Below, one piece after another: positions 1 to 12,128 of a stretch of 64,000 nt of DNA (within the stretch, counting starts at the first letter, position 1; each line of letters opens with the position of its first letter). Under the pieces are notes generated by a model that saw only the letters and a list, made by a program, of their open reading frames with translations, searched no databases and was not told the DNA's origin. The DNA is taken from positions 248,001 to 312,000 of the forward strand of contig JALJEE010002436.1 in NCBI GenBank assembly GCA_023231475.1, read 5' to 3'. Source of the stretch: Seison nebaliae (taxonomy: Eukaryota). The translations under genes were made by a program, and so were the position numbers.

Positions 1-3000
1 AGAAATTATAGAATTTATTCCTCACACTTTTCTTTTTCGAATGTTTCTTTTCACGATTATTTTTTTTCTCTACTCGATGAATGATTTTTGGAGTTGGTAT
101 TTTATCGTTAAAACTGAGTGAATATGGATAGTGTTGTTTTCCTTCAATATCATATGTACCAAAATAAGTATTCGGATGTAATCGACCTCCCACTGATTGA
201 CCCGGTTCCCCATAATAAACGTTTTTACATCCATATCTCAACGGTCCATCCAAACACCCGTTTACTTCATGTTGACATAATTCATGCACTTGTAACAATC
301 GTGTATATATTTCAGATAGAATTTGATATTGTTCCGAATTCTCGAATTTACTCGCCGCCGATTCAAAAGAGACTGATCTGTGGAGAATGTTAGTGGAATT
401 TCTCTTGAGAGTTTCCAATGAACGTTCCGTTCTCCCAAAACTGCCCAAGGAAAATTCCATTTCAGAATTCGAACTTATTCCAGAAATCGTTTGGGCGGAA
501 CCGATATTACCTTTTTCTTTGTGAGCCATGGCCTATGGGAGGAGAATTTTGAAAATTGTTTTTGAAATTAGTTATCCCTATGGAAAATGTAACTTGTCTT
601 CTCCATTTCTCTAACAAGGGAAGATAACGTTGAACTTGTTTGAGTTGATGAGTTGTCCAAAATAAATAAACGTAATGAACATGACGACCGATGCGAAAGA
701 GTTCAGCGATTTTTTCCGGTTCTAAACTAACCGTTTCTAATACTGCGTTAAGTGGAATTCGAAGTAATTCTACTTTTGTTAGCGCTCTTAAATTTAATGA
801 GAATAGAAAATAAAAAAGGATTTTAAATATAAAAAAATTTAAAAGAATTTTATAAACTTGACAGTTATCGGTGAGGGTCTTTTCATAATAGCTCCAATAT
901 TGAAGATGCAAACGCCTTCCTTGAATCGACCATTTTGAGTGACGATTTCACAATGATCCTGATCAATCAACACACAAGTTCCATTGACAATGAAATAGAT
1001 ATCAGTCACCACATCATCAGTACGATAAAGAATTTCATTCGCCGGCAAATAAACACGACGAGCAGTTTCTGTCAATTTTTCTAATTGTTCTAAATAATAA
1101 TATATTTTAAATTTCCATTGAGCAAAGAAAGAAACCGTGACTAAATAATGAGAAAGCATTTGACGACATCATCAATAAAGCGTTTAGATCGAAACATAAA
1201 TTGGTACGAAGACGAGGTGAAATATATCGGAGAAGATCTTCCCATTCTTCATGACGATTATTCTCCCATAAAAGCTTGTGATAATTATTTATTCGTTCCA
1301 CATATGATGTCAATCGGAATGATTTTAAGAACTCCATCAATTCCGCTCGATCTTGGTGGAAATAATCTTTGAGTAAACTAAATTTGACGAATTGAGCTGA
1401 AAAATATCGTACGGCAAATTCGTAGAAAGCGAAAGATGCGATAATGAATCCCATTCTCTTAATTTGTTCTACTATATCAATCGGCAATTGAAAGGGAATA
1501 CTGGTTCTGGTAGCGATGATGGTGAAATAGAAGAATGAATAAAAATAAGTATCGATATGTATTGGTTTATCTATCAACCATTGTTCACCACGACAAATGT
1601 ATCCCTGACTGAATTCCACATTATTTTCATTTTCTACTAAATTAAAATTCCATTTACATGTCGTCACGAAGAGGATACAAGCGCCGAAATGATGGAAGAA
1701 TATGAGGAGTAAACCAGCTCGAATGCGCAGGAAAAATTTTGAATGTGTATGAATAGTCACTTGTAAGTATCGGAAGAAGTTAGAAAAGTAGACGAGTTGA
1801 AGGAGACGATTTAATTTCAAATAAATCACAACATCATGATTAAAATCTCCAATTAGTAAACCGACGACATAATCGATTGGAAACGTCGCTAATAAATCGA
1901 ATCGTTTCGATGTTTTTATTGAATTGTATTTTATCGTTTGGATCGGATATTCCATTTGTCTCAATGTTGATGCAAGAACTTGAAGTAACCAGAATGTCTG
2001 ATTACAAATATCCACTGTATTACAGAGAAGAAGAACGATGAAATTGTTCGAGTTCAATGAAATGAGATAAATGATAAGATGAGCATTAATATAACATACC
2101 ATTCCTCGGATCAATAACCAAATTGGCATGATACGGCGTGAAACAAATTTTAAAACATTTGATAATTTATGTTCCAAAATTATGTCATTCACAACAATTA
2201 TGAGAATTGCGAATGAATTGAAAATTCGAGTAGAATAACTTTTTGGCGCTTCCTTTATTTGATCACTGTCCAATTGAGCATTCTTGTCATTGATCAACAA
2301 TTCATAACGTCTCACTTGTTTCTCGGCAGTGACCAACTTCTTCAATTTACCCACCAATTCCTTCGCCAAAATTATCGAGTCAACATATCGTCGTCGAATT
2401 GAATATAATTGTTCTTTCCATTCTAAACCAAAGCCGGTTTCTTTCACGTTAAGAAACGATCGGAGAATTCTCTTACGAAGTCTCAATTCCGGCCGAAATT
2501 CTTGTCCGTATGTCAACGAATGTTTTTCCAAAATTTTTTTGAATCGATAAAATGTCAATCCGATAACTTGTACGTCGGTGGCTGCCATAACGGAAAAGAG
2601 AGAACCACTATCTGAAATGAAACTCTCGAGACCGATATGATCTCCTTCTTCCAATATCATCAGAGTGACATCTTTCCATTTAGCGTAACAACGTCCTTGT
2701 TTCACTACATAGACATATCTTAATAATTCTCCTGCTCTCATAATTTCTTGACCTTTCTGATATCGCCAATATTCGAGAATTGGAGCGATATCGAGAAATA
2801 AAGATTCGTAATTTCTCACTCCTCGAAACAGTGGGAGATCTTTGAAATATTTGTGAATATCATCCGAGGTGGAAATGAATGAACGAACATTATCTGGCAA
2901 TTCCACCATATCATTATAATTATCAGATTTATCGATCACTTGTAAATGATTAATATCATTCATAATTCTCTCTCTCGACAGATGTGGCACTTCTTTCGCA

Positions 3001-6000
3001 TTCAACATAATTCGAAGATATTTCACTTTCGTATCAAAACTAATTCGCCATCTCATTTGTGTTATATAATCAGATATGAATAAACCACGAACTAAATTTA
3101 TCACCACAACACTCATTAATAGAAAGACCAGAAGATATTGTCGAAATTCGAGATTATCATCGAACAATTCCCAATTCAAACGATCACCATATTCGAAAAT
3201 TAAACGAATTATCAATGCGTAACAGGAAAGATAAATATGGAACCACACACTCAGAACTTGAGTACATCGACCATAAAATAATTCGCAAGAACAATATGTA
3301 TCGTCATAAATGCAGAGTAACCAGAATAACGATCCCGATATGATATGTAACCAAACGATTACCAATATGACTAATAACGTACCAAAAAGAAAATCTGAAA
3401 TTTCATTCCATGTGTGCAATTCGGAAATTCGTAACATCAACGGAATAGTTTTAAGAATACGAGCCGTCCTCAATACCAGAGTCACCGAAGTAATTTTTTG
3501 AGTAAGAGGGACATAAGAATCAGCTCTCAAGAAAAAATATGGAACGAGTTGATTAGCTAAAACAGAAAGAAAAAATTATTAAAGATTTAAAATTTGAAAA
3601 TTAACCGAATATTTCGTAGGGAAATATTGATAACATATCGAGGACGAAATATTGACTAAACAGATATTGGACGACGGTCGACTTAACATCGAATTTTTTC
3701 TTTCCACATTCGAATACAGCCGTCCGCATTTGAAGTAATACATCGAGCCACAATAGTAAATCGAGGAAAGATGCCAAAATATCAGAATTATAAATTTCCT
3801 TATGAACTACTCGAATATCTTCCAATCCCGTCGTCAGAAAAGTGACGCAAGTCATCGAGAGGAAAAAGGTAAGGAAAGTCGTCCAGATGATGAGTGTGCT
3901 CGAATCTTTTTCAAAGAAATTATTTTCGAAAATATTACTGAATTTCTCCACTTTCAAAATGGTGAGCGATTTATAGTATTGCCATAATAATTTAACAGAT
4001 TTATGTGGATTTAATTTGAATAATTCTTCTCTTAATATTTTCATTCGATCACTCGGGAAATTCATTGCGGCTATCTCGTCCCTCAATTCATTACCAATTA
4101 CTCGTTCATCTGCAATGGCAATTCGTTCTCCGGCAGGAAACACCCATCGCGTCCTAAAAATTACTCGATATATTATTAAGGAGAATTGATGAGATAAATA
4201 TGGAACGTTAAATTATGGAAATTTCTCGTTGGCCCAAACGTATGTTTCGCCCATCTCATTAAATAATAACTGAGTAATTCTAAAAAGAAAAATTTTTTAA
4301 TTTAATGATCTAATTATTAACTTGTGGCATGAGTATCTAACGGTTCTTTCTGTTCTCGGTCTTTTATTTCTTTGCTCAGAGAAACGTCTTGTTTCCTCAA
4401 ATAGAGAATGATTGTTGGCTCTTCGGCATAGACCATTCCTCCCGGAACAATTTGTGCCAATGTCGTTGCTAGATTAAACTAAACAGGAAATTGATGAAAG
4501 AAAATAAAGTTGAAAGGTTCAAAATTAAAAAAAACGGTGTTGGTGAGAGGACGACTGATATTTTTCTTTAGATTCGTTGTGGGAAAATTAGTAACGTTAA
4601 TCTTTCCACTTAATACATGAATCAATCCTCCATGATGATAACAGTCGTTATATAAATTCTGTCCTTCCAATAGAAGATGCATCTCCACTTTCGAACTGAG
4701 AACCATTCCAATATCTTGTGCGAGATTTTGTAATCTCATCGACTAAAAGAAAATAATATAAGAAATTATTAATTATTTCTTTAAATTTAATTTGAACATT
4801 CTCAAATAAGAGACCACCAATGAAATATTTTATTTCATTCTTCGAGCCCGTCGACAAATATTCCAATGTTGTATTCATATTATTTACACGATTGAAACGG
4901 AATAAACTGGCGAAGAATTTCCGCAGTAAAAGTTTATTCTTTTCATTAGCACCTCGATCGACGAGAACTAAATGAAACGGAATAAATAATGAAAAGAAGA
5001 AAATTCGAACTATCGTGACATGTTTTGTAGTAATTTTTGAATTTCGCCTTCGAATATCTCAGATAAGTAATGGCACTGATGATGAGATCATAGAAACAGA
5101 TACGAACGAAAAAGAAAGCGATGTAGACAATGAAAGTCAAATACATTCTTTCGATATGTGTCAAATTGCTTAAGTCGCTTCTCGAATTGGATAAAAGTAG
5201 AAAAGACATATAATAAACGGAGAATATGTTCGCCAAAGTCACATTATTTACAGTAGATATTTCGGATTTTTGCGAATGAATCACATATTTATTCCCAAAC
5301 CATGAATCTTTCATAAAAACATAATTAATTAATTTATATAATAAATATTGATAAATAATTTAAATTTTAAATTAATTAATTAACTTTCTCTACAAACGAA
5401 ACGATCCTCCTCAATATAATGACATGCTATCAAATACCAGATACATGTACAAATATACCAGATGATGGTGAGATAAATGAAGGAAGCGAAAATCCTGAAA
5501 AAGGGAAATGATGAAACAAAACTAAAACGTTCGATATTAACCGAATACGAATGGAATTAAGAAATATGATAATTCGCCATAATCTCCACAAACGCCATGA
5601 CATAAGCATGAAATGTATTTGTAATCCGGCGATCGATAAAGACGAATATGGAATGAGATAATCGTATAATTGTTCGAGTGGTATGAGAGAAATTAGATCG
5701 AAATATATCTCAATAGGAATACATTCCGCTAATGTCGTCCGGAGAGTCAATTGGAATTCCTTATACATAATAAACGCTCGAAAACATACGCGGAAAACAT
5801 CGGTCGCTAACAAAACATCCGATAAATGAACGATAAGAATTTCTTTATGAAATCTCAATTTCGATGTATCAACTGGTTGGTAACCGAAACATGCTCGATA
5901 AATGAGTAGAGCCGAAACGCAGAAAATAGTTATACAGACGAGCAATTTCCAAATGACGAGAACTAAAGATATCTTCTGATTCTTTTCAGTTCGCATTCGT

Positions 6001-6020
6001 AAATTACCGAGAATATCCAT
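1..6020 (-). CDS. Concatenated multi-repeat cyclic-nucleotide-gated channel (CNGK/tetraKCNG-like), multi-exon, 3' end beyond the left edge
   Basis: ORF pieces at 5430-6020, 4946-5314, 4479-4878, 3601-4143, 1107-3530, 839-1159 and 507-911 join through short introns into three successive 6TM + cyclic-nucleotide-binding units. S3/S4 motifs: FDLISLIPLE..WRLWRLWRI, LDMLSIFPYE..LRTARILK, FDLLATFPID..LKLNRLLQL. CNBDs include LPLFRGV..YQKGQEIMRAGE..VYVVKQG..GDHIGLE and YLPANEILYRTDD..IYFIVNG. After an intron near 531-592 the frame (AMAHKEKG...) stays open to position 1. Confidence 0.8.
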
Positions 6021-6144
6021 TTTGAGAAGAATGGATAAATAATGTGAGAGAAATTTGTTTTAAATGTTACCGTTGTAAATGGAATTATGTGAATGTTTAA
6101 AGAATAATTTATTTTCAATTGTTTCAATTTTAAATAATTTCAAA

Positions 6145-7749
6145 TTAATTTTTATTCTTCCACACATCATTTCGGAGAAGATTCTTGATACGATTCACAT
6201 CTCCTTCGATATCTCTCATACTAAAGAGAGCCGTTCCATCACAACCGATCGTGTCGTTACATATTTTCAATTGATTACCAATTTCCGATAATGGCCAATG
6301 ATTTTGTCTCATTCGATATGTGGCGATTCCTGGATAAAGTTTCTTATTCTTCACATTCTCTCCAATCCACCAATTCAATAATTTTGGGAAACTCTGAGCA
6401 GGAGGATCGATTTTCCAATATAATTGTGGGGATAAATAATCAATCCTGAAAATGATATTGATGATGGTGAAAAAAATGATTTTAAATTCTAACCATCCTT
6501 CATTCAACCACTTTTTCGCATCAGCATATAATTCTCGATATTGATCTAAACCTTTAATTCCTGATGGATTATTCGGACGCCAAATACCAAATGGACTAAT
6601 ACCAAATTGAACATGTGAATTCATTTCTCTAATCGTTCGTTGAAGTGTTTGAATTAAACGATTGACATTATCTCGTCGCCAATCATCCAATGACATCGGA
6701 TGTGAATGAGTTTTATCGAGATATGAATGATATGCAGCAGAATCAGGAAATGGTACATCAGTGATGGGATAAGGATAAAAATAATCATCCATATGAATAC
6801 CATCAATATGGTATCGTTTGACTAGATCTTTCACCACATTAATTGTATGATTCATAACCGTTTCAGATGACGGATCCATCCACAAATAATTCCCGTAAAT
6901 ATAAGTGGCATTAGGAAATCGTTTACTCATATGATTCATCGCTCGATATTTTTTTTCTAAATTTGAACTTTATTTTAATTTTAAAATTATTTTTAATTAA
7001 AATAACTGTTGACAGCTGCTCGATATGGATTGATCCAAGCATGTACTTCCATATGTCTTTTCGATGCTCCGTCGATAAGAAATTGGAGAGGATCGAAATG
7101 TTCTGGTGGTGCCATTCCTTGTTTCCCCATTAAATATTCAGACCAAGGTTCCAATTCCGATTGATACATTGCATCACCATGTGGACGAACTTGAAAAATA
7201 ATCGTGTTCGCATGAACATATTGTAAAGTGTCGAGTATTTGATTAATTTCCGATTTCATTTGATTCAATTTCAAACCAGCTTTTGAAGGCCAATCGATAT
7301 TCGTCACTGTCGCTACCCAGACACCTTGAAATTTTGATTGAATAGATTGACGGTAAAATGAATGAGTTCCATAAACCGATGTGGAATCGATACCTCCACA
7401 TCGTTCATTATCACAACGTTTATAACATCTGATTGAGTGACCATAATTGCCATAACGATTTCCACAATGACAACTCTCTCCATTATATACACCAGCGAAT
7501 TGGAATTGTCTTTTCGAACACTCATTCAAACAGTCGTTCATTGACATAAATCTCTTCTGAAATCCATTCAAATCGTGATGTAATCGATAGTCAGTGAAAC
7601 AGCCTTTATAATTACTGAATATGAAAAATAAAAAATTAAAAAAAAATTTTAAAAAAATTAAAATTATTTCCTAACAGACAATTTATTGTAAAAATGTTGA
7701 GAGTTGAAATGATGAATAATAAATGAGACTTTCTTATAATATTATCCAT
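6145..7749 (-). CDS. Secreted WSC-domain + glycosyl hydrolase-like 10 (GHL10; YddW/DigH/YngK-like) protein, 4 exons
   Basis: Hydrophobic N-terminus MDNIIRKSHLLFIISTLNIFTINC (alternative in-frame ATG at 7788). WSC domain NYKGCFTD...CLNEC..FQFAGVYNGESCHCGN..C..RC..ERCGG. GHL10 motifs GVWVATVTNIDWPS, FQVRPHGDAMYQSELEPWSEYL, VHAWINPYRA, YHIDGIHMDDYFYPYP, WRRDNVN, FGISPFGIW, DYLSPQLYW. Introns 7615-7675 and 6957-7006 restore the frame; 6446-6493 removes a 16-aa in-frame insert. Confidence 0.9.
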
Positions 7750-7821
7750 AATATAATTTACGGAAAAAGGAAAGAGAAAAATTTTCATGACTTTCTCCCG
7801 TTACATATAAGAGAATTCTGT

Positions 7822-8406
7822 TTAGACATTTGTCCAATTTCCCATCAATTGGAGAATTAACAAGTAAATTTCTTGGAATAATTCGATCACCAATCGCTCA
7901 ACAAACACACTATACAATCTCAAATTCTTAGTTGTTGAATGTTCTTCGACAATTGACGGTGGATCGATAAAAGTTGATGGAAATTTATCGGACGATAAAG
8001 ATAAGTCAAATGGACAATTCGTTGAAAGTATTTTATTTGAATAATAATTGAGAATTGTTGGGAATGTCAAACATTTCCTTTTCATCACCAAATAAAATAA
8101 ATTTATCAATTGACTTTCTGGCGATTTGATTCCATGACAAAGGAAATAAATAATCCGAAAGAGAAATACTCTCGTCAATTGAAAAGTTGAAGCGATCGGT
8201 CGATTTCTCCAATCAACCAATTTCAATAAAATGATTTTAATAAATAATTTATATTCAACAACTCGTTCAATCCATTTGGTGTTCAGATGGAAAATATTAG
8301 AAATAAAACGGAGATCTTCAAATAATTTATTCACTTTCTCAATAAAGAATTTCATCCAATTCTCCAACTCTTTCTCTCGATGAATATAATGCAAATTCTC
8401 TCCCAT
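7822..8406 (-). CDS. Hypothetical protein (194 aa), no recognised domain
   Basis: Uninterrupted ATG-initiated 194-codon ORF in AT-rich DNA, fitting between neighbouring genes. No family recognised. Confidence 0.45.
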   Translation of the reverse strand: MGENLHYIHREKELENWMKFFIEKVNKLFEDLRFISNIFHLNTKWIERVVEYKLFIKIILLKLVDWRNRPIASTFQLTRVFLFRIIYFLCHGIKSPESQLINLFYLVMKRKCLTFPTILNYYSNKILSTNCPFDLSLSSDKFPSTFIDPPSIVEEHSTTKNLRLYSVFVERLVIELFQEIYLLILQLMGNWTNV

Positions 8407-8649
8407 AACTTATACAAATATTCCTGAAAAATTATTCGACAAATTTAAATTTTGGAAATATTCAAAAAAAAATTTTGGGAAAATTTGTTTTTCACAATTT
8501 TTTTTCAATTTTCAGATTCGTATAAGATTTATCATTTGAATTTGTGAGCTTGAAAAAAAACCGATTTTATTTATTCTTTTCCTCAAAAAGTTTATTTAAC
8601 AAAATTTTCTTATTTTTTATTCTCATTTGTAATTATTATTATCAAATTA

Positions 8650-8952
8650 ATGAACTCCACATCCGAATTACCGACGGGAACAACAACAACAACAACAACA
8701 AACGAAGTTCCCACTTTAGTTCTGAGAGGAAATTGTCCAGAGAACGAAGAAACGGGAAGATCAGTCCGATGGAAAGAAGATACTGTAGACAATGAACATC
8801 AGAACAAAAAGAAATCGAAATGTTGTTGTGTCTACATTAAACCGAGAGATCGTCAAGTACCACCGAAAGAGAATGAGAATGAGAATCACGATTGTGGAGC
8901 TTGTCATCATCACACACCATCCGATTATCAACAGAAGAAAGAAGAAAATTGA
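8650..8952 (+). CDS. PPP1R11: Protein phosphatase 1 inhibitor-3 (PPP1R11/Ypi1 family)
   Basis: RVxW-type PP1-docking motif RSVRW followed by the family signature DTVDNEHQNKKKSKCCCVY. Single exon, 100 aa. Confidence 0.9.
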   Translation: MNSTSELPTGTTTTTTTNEVPTLVLRGNCPENEETGRSVRWKEDTVDNEHQNKKKSKCCCVYIKPRDRQVPPKENENENHDCGACHHHTPSDYQQKKEEN

Positions 8953-8974
8953 AAAATTCTTTTATAAATTATTT

Positions 8975-10232
8975 TTATAAAATCTTCTCAAATCTCCTTC
9001 CTCGTAAATTGGCGAGTGGAATTCCTTCACTTTTAAATTTCTTCACTTGATGGTACGTAAATCTCAGATCGTTCGATAGAACTAACAATCTCTTCAGTAC
9101 AATCATCGTTCGATCAGTCAATTCGATAATGTCGTGAATTTTTTGATAGACTTCAAATTCGTCAGTCTCATTCAATGGAAGTCGTTCCAATTCTGTTCCA
9201 TGAAAATTATGATAATATCTGATAATATCAATTAAAATATACAACTTTCATGAATGACATCATACGTCTTTTCTGTTGTCGTCGTATAATTGCCATGTCG
9301 AGTGGTTTGTCCTTTACATGCGATTGGTTCATCAGAATTCAGTTTTTGCTTGTCACAAACAAACGACCAGTTTCGGTCTGTATCGGGACGGAGAATTGAT
9401 ATCTAATAATTTTTTTTATTTTGAATTTTTATTGATAAAATTAACACTGGAAATGATACATGTATTTATTGGGTTGTTCTGATATGATTTGAGAGAAAAT
9501 CGGATTGTATCAATATTCCAAAATTCAACTGTAGTAAAAGTCCGAAAAACTTTCTTACGAAATTCATACAGGATCTTATTGTTCAAATAAACAACAAGAT
9601 TAGTGTTAGTATTTGAATCAGAAATATCTAATTCGAAATCATTACGTCTTCCAGATAGAGCACATTCTCCAGGAAGGATATCGACATAATATTCGATTCC
9701 ATTTATAGGTAAAATAAATATCAACTTTTATTTAAATTAGAAATTCGAACACGAGAAAATATTTGGTAACTTTTATCGATAAAAGAAGGAAAATTGTTGA
9801 TACCATTATCTTTAATTAAAATTTATTTAGCATTTAATATAGTCATTTATTTAACTTTTTTTTTATTGGTCTTAACTGACAGAATTAGAATATTGTCTCA
9901 GATATAAACGGCTGGTATTTTCGCCTCTTTCTTCTTACTCGAAATGTTTTAAATCTTCTTTTAACTTCCAAAAATGAAGATGCTACTTCCTTAGTGCGAT
10001 AAATAGCCTTGTAGAAATATAATTTATCTTCTCTCATGTCCTCTAAAGCAAACTCTTCACTGTCCTGACATTTCGGTTTGTTTAGTCGATGAACTTTGGA
10101 CAGTTTTGAGCAGTGCACCTCAAATTCGAAGAAACTGACGAAACGGCCATTGTCGGAGCGGAAAGGAGTATTAGGTGAACAACAAAACACAATTGCTATA
10201 AATGAGAAAATGAAAAGTAAGTAAATTTCCAT
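8975..10232 (-). CDS. Probable multi-exon orphan gene (or two genes) with an N-terminal signal peptide
   Basis: Same-strand ORF pieces at 9885-10232 (MEIYLLFIFSFIAIVFCC, signal-like), 9416-9724 and 8975-9244, separated by AT-rich intron-like gaps. Exact joins not resolved; no family recognised. Confidence 0.35.
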
Positions 10233-10481
10233 TAAATTGAACTAAAGAAACTTCTATTAAAGTCATTCAACTTCTTTTTCTGTTTATAACTTAAAAGAAA
10301 TGACAATACAAATTAAAATAAATGTTTTAGAACACTTATCTATCATATCATCGTCCATCCATCCATCTTATTAGTTAATGTCATGACATTCATAAAAATA
10401 TCATTGGAATGACATTCGAAGTTCGAACATCATAAAAAAAATTAAATTTATTATTACTTGAAATTTAAGAAAAATTAATTG

Positions 10482-11995
10482 ATGGAATTTCAAACTCACA
10501 CAAATTATAATGATATAAAATATTTAGTTTTCATTTGATTAATTGCATAATCATAAGTACATACGTACTCATAATCATAACCATAATACGGAATTAGGTG
10601 AGATTAAAATCGGAGAATGTAGTGCTCGAACTTGTCTTGTCCAGATTGAGTAATTATAGATGAATCTTTATCATTGAGATAAAGAGATGAATAAAAATTT
10701 AGCTTTAAAAAAATTCTAAAATACATTTAAGAAAATAAATTGACATAAAAATAAATAAAGAGAAAATTAGAATTTGAATGAGATTATCTGGAACATGGCA
10801 CTTCCAGTTAATCCAGATATTGCCAGAGAATATCTCTCCAGCATTTTCATTAACAACAACGATACGTTATTATCGAAAACATATCGTAATTTAGATACAA
10901 GTCGTTTATTAAGATGTTTGAAGATTTTGAAAAATAAATTTAATTAAATTAATTATTTTATTCATTTTGATAGTGAAAGGCGACTCGGCACATGAGACTA
11001 CTGAATTGGAACGAGAATTAGCCCAATCACCTGAATTGATGGAAATGGCAATGTGTTTTCATTTTTCTTCCATAAACACATCTTTTATAATTTATAATAT
11101 AGATAAGTATCAACGACCATCCCATCATATGGCTCAAGTGGAAGTATCTCGTTCTCCTATGAAAATAGTAAAATATTCCGAGAAAGTGACAGCTCCTCAA
11201 AGTTTGGAAATTTTTAAATTTTACAAACTTTATTTGAATTTCAGATTTCAATTTATCATCAAGTCGTAAATCAGACACTCCGACTAATAAATCAGCTTTC
11301 TCTTCTTTCATCGATCAATTGAAAAGTCATAAAGTTGTCATTCCACCGTTTGCTAAATTTCGAATTTTCGATGCGAAAGTTTTCCGTTTTTTTTCTCACT
11401 CTAATTTCTCCAAATCCTTCCCAGTTATCATATTCATCAGATACAATACATCGTGAACAGATTCTCCATGTGAAATGTTCATTCATTCATATCAACAGTT
11501 AATATCAATTTATCGATAATTATTAATTTAAATTTGAATATTATTATTTGAATTTTTAGATGAATTATGTGAATATGGTTCGTCGTATACGAATGAACAA
11601 ACAGGATTATCTGACAAATTGGCGATCGCTCAAAAGAAGTGGCCAATGATAAATATTCATATTTTCCGATCAGCCACCGTTTCCCAATTCATTGGACTTT
11701 GTTTAGACAAAATCTTCCAACAATATCCCAATTTCCATTTGAGGTTCTTTTTTTGAACATTCTCTTCATTAAATTTAATTATATTTCCATTTTTCATTTG
11801 AATTTAAATAGAAGTAAAAATTTGGACGAATATTCGTTATATATGGCGGAGGATGATGGAACGATCGATTTCGATCTTCCTCCTTTAGAGAAAACGAAAA
11901 AAATTGGCGATTTCCATTTTGGTAAATATGCGCTACATCTTCCATCGAACGACCAATTATGTCGTGCATTAAATAAACGATTATCTATCAGATGA
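10482..11995 (+). CDS. MAPKAP1: TORC2 subunit SIN1 (MAPKAP1)-like, multi-exon, ends shortly after the CRIM domain
   Basis: Spliced translation gives SAFSSFIDQL..PPFAKFRIFDAK, PMINIHIFRSATVSQFIGLCL and EYSLYMAEDDGTIDFDLPPLEKTKKIGDFHFGKYAL, matching the SIN1 CRIM pattern (Y.L.IAEDDG.VD.DFPPLD...I..F.F...AL). The 5' start (ATG 10482) is tentative. Confidence 0.75.
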
Positions 11996-12128
11996 TTTTT
12001 AATTTAATTGAACATAAATTTTTGAAATTTTCTATCTATAATTTTCTTTCTCAAATCTGACAGAATTTTTTTTGAAAAAATTTAAAATTAGAAGAAAATT
12101 TCAAATTTGTGAGTGATCGTCAATTGTG

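Noticed and set aside
118..393. 91-aa plus-strand ORF
   Set aside because: Antisense to the open minus-strand frame of the channel's C-terminal exon, with a GTG start and no recognisable features.
6145..7749. Bacterial contamination as the explanation for the GHL10 gene
   Set aside because: It has three spliceosomal introns of the host's GTT type, host-like composition and a eukaryotic WSC domain, and is contiguous with animal genes.
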